Origin: an uncultured Acidobacteriaceae bacterium
Lineage (GTDB): Bacteria; Acidobacteriota; Terriglobia; Terriglobales; Acidobacteriaceae
Direction: 5' to 3'
Assembly: GCA_963713395.1 (NCBI GenBank)
Contig: CAVQLS010000001.1
Span: 574,515-638,514 of the forward strand
DNA: 64,000 bases
How positions within the stretch are numbered: the first letter of the stretch is position 1; the number at the start of each line of letters is the position of its first letter. Below the pieces are notes generated by a model. That model was given only the letters and a program-made list of their open reading frames with translations, did not search any database and was not told the origin of the DNA. Positions 62,442 to 64,000 of the stretch are shown here, in pieces. Position numbers and translations under genes: made by a program.

Positions 62442-63467
62442 TCAATTCAAGGCCTTGTGGGGCGGTTTATGGGATCCGTGCCCGGGATCGAAGATGACGA
62501 AGCTGTTGCGGTTGGCGATGTAGAGCTGGTTGAAGCTGCCGGTCGGGAGCAGCCCGTCGATGACCAGCTGCTTCAGGCCCGCGTCCCCGATCCACGCCTC
62601 GGCGCTGAAGGTCTCGGAGCCTACGGACAGCCGGGTGTGGAAGGTGGTGGCGGAAGAGAGCCTGCCGTTTCCGTCTGCAATCCATTTCGTTCCCCTGGGA
62701 ACCGAGGGCGGAGGTGCGGTGAGCGGCTGGAGGACCACCATGTCGGCGCCGCTGTCGAGCAGCAGGAGAAGCGGCTCCCCCTTCATGGCAGTCTGCACCG
62801 GAACGGAGATCAGGCGAGCCTCCAGGTCTCCCGTGCGGGTGCGGACGGGCGCGATGCTGATGCGATCTCCGGTGAGCTCCGGCAGGAGCGTGCCGTCGTT
62901 ATCGAACTGAATGCGATGGTGGCGGTTGTCGATGAGGTAGTTGGAACGGAGGAGGACATCCTGACCGAGGACCCCGCGTAGATGCGAATCGAAGGACTTG
63001 AACTCGATCAGCGGCTGGACGAGAACGTTGAGCGGCCCTGACTCGATGGGGCCGAGCGAGAGGTCCTCGACGAGAACCCGGCGGGCGTCGGTCGTGTCGT
63101 TCCAACTGGCGAGCCTGGCGCTTTGCGCCGCCGGGAGGGCGAGCGCAGTGGACAGTTGCGGGTCGACAGCGGACGAGGTCGCGCCCGTATCGAGCAGGAA
63201 GGGATAGGGACCCTTGCCGTTCACGCGTACCTCGATGACGATCATGGAGCGATGAGGCGACTTGAAGTGGATGGTATTGTCCGTGCGCTCGGCGACGCTG
63301 GCGAGCCGAAGCATGAGGGCGACGAGAAAGATGGCGACTCTGAAGGCGAGAGTGTCTGTGATGGACCGGCCTGGTGTTGTGTTTTGCGGACCCTGCGGCA
63401 TGGGTGCTCCTGTCGGCCGGAGGGGGACGCGAGCGCACTTCCCTGGAAGCTGATGAACGCTTCCCAC
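62442..63467 (-). CDS. Bilobed retropepsin-like aspartic protease (two DTG/DSG lobes), membrane-anchored
   Basis: TM segment LAFRVAIFLVALMLRL. FLLDTGATSSAV and LLLLDSGADMVVL motifs lie in two repeated halves. The start is uncertain (alternative ATG near 63401). Confidence 0.7.
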   Translation of the reverse strand: MGSVHQLPGKCARVPLRPTGAPMPQGPQNTTPGRSITDTLAFRVAIFLVALMLRLASVAERTDNTIHFKSPHRSMIVIEVRVNGKGPYPFLLDTGATSSAVDPQLSTALALPAAQSARLASWNDTTDARRVLVEDLSLGPIESGPLNVLVQPLIEFKSFDSHLRGVLGQDVLLRSNYLIDNRHHRIQFDNDGTLLPELTGDRISIAPVRTRTGDLEARLISVPVQTAMKGEPLLLLLDSGADMVVLQPLTAPPPSVPRGTKWIADGNGRLSSATTFHTRLSVGSETFSAEAWIGDAGLKQLVIDGLLPTGSFNQLYIANRNSFVIFDPGHGSHKPPHKALN

Positions 63468-63787
63468 TTCTTCGGTTGCGGCGGCTCACTGTTGTCCGGC
63501 TAAGGACCACGTTAGGTTTGCTTGCGCGATGGCGAAAGCATGTGCGCGGACGATGTGCGGACAAAAAAGGACGTCAGTGACAGGATGCCGTTGAGGCATG
63601 ACGGATGGCACGAGGGTGATTATGAAAACCCCTAGTCCGTCCTGCAGGGATCACCGGCAAGAAGTCGACTTCCGAGTACTAATCCGTGTGCCACGTCGTC
63701 TCAGAGGCAAGAATTGGAGGCAGAAGGTGAGAAGAGCCAGAGGCTTGTGTACGGTGCGAACATCAGTTGCACATCGAGACAATGGAC

Positions 63788-64000
63788 TCAAGTGGGCGAC
63801 CGGCTTACACGTGAGAGTACAACGTCTTCCAGCATCGGCGTGATGTGGGACCAATTGCCGGGCGCAAAATCACGCAGGTCCCAGATCGGTTCGAACTTCC
63901 TCCATCCAGCGGCGATTGCGGTTTCGGCGAGTTCGGCACCTTCGGCGGGGGTATCCCGTCCCCCACAATGGATCGCCTTGCCGCCGAAGGCATTCGTTAC
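63788..64000 (-). CDS. C-terminal fragment of an unidentified protein (start beyond the window edge)
   Basis: My translation of the minus strand from 64000 is ...NAFGGKAIHCGGRDTPAEGAELAETAIAAGWRKFEPIWDLRDFAPGNWSHITPMLEDVVLSRVSRSPT, then TGA at 63788-63790. It is open to the window edge with coding-like composition. Family not recognised. Confidence 0.4.
   Translation of the reverse strand, partial: VTNAFGGKAIHCGGRDTPAEGAELAETAIAAGWRKFEPIWDLRDFAPGNWSHITPMLEDVVLSRVSRSPT

Overview
GC-rich (judged by eye, not computed) bacterial chromosomal segment. Gene content looks like Acidobacteriota/Terriglobia; this is an inference from a TIGR03436-like VWFA protein, carboxypeptidase-regulatory-like proteins and the Lpt/RpoN cluster layout. 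I support about 55 protein genes and one tRNA-Ala(CGC). I saw no rRNA, CRISPR array, transposase, integrase or prophage genes. Layout: (1) 1-10.6 kb: GH63-like glucosidase (runs off the window), DUF481 and MetA-like outer-membrane proteins, and an osmotic-stress-looking block (LuxR-type regulator, MscS channel, second LuxR-type regulator, glycine-zipper lipoprotein, AqpZ), then a NicO-type metal transporter and a cyclophilin. (2) 10.6-22.1 kb, almost all minus strand: UDG4, rpoZ, gmk, MsbA-like ABC exporter, rapZ, hpf, rpoN, lptB and an 828-aa LptC/LptA-like protein. (3) 22-48 kb: mixed housekeeping genes (glyQS, recO, ferredoxin, IMPase, Hfq-like, MoaD-MoaE fusion, mscL, M28 peptidase, thiC, argJ, aceE). 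(4) 48.7-63.5 kb: an exopolysaccharide locus (wzi, uxs, ugd, wzc-like BY-kinase, wza-like exporter, 3 glycosyltransferases, acetyltransferase, REC protein, PHP-type tyrosine phosphatase, bilobed aspartic protease). The dominant anomaly is a heavy load of frameshifts in otherwise well-conserved genes: nicO, glyQ x2, recO, argJ, GH28, wzc x3, a compensated pair in thiC, and a multiply broken HEAT-repeat gene. This is most simply explained by indel errors in GC-rich sequence, although the recO break sits exactly in a 7-nt tandem repeat. I found no convincing novel multi-gene system. The best leads are the covalently concatenated LptC-LptA bridge protein, two paralogous LuxR regulators with Glu at the phospho-acceptor position flanking an MscS channel, the heptamer repeat in recO, and a MoaD-MoaE fusion with a triplicated VSGG motif. 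Many long ORFs in the track are antisense or out-of-frame shadows typical of GC-rich DNA and were rejected.
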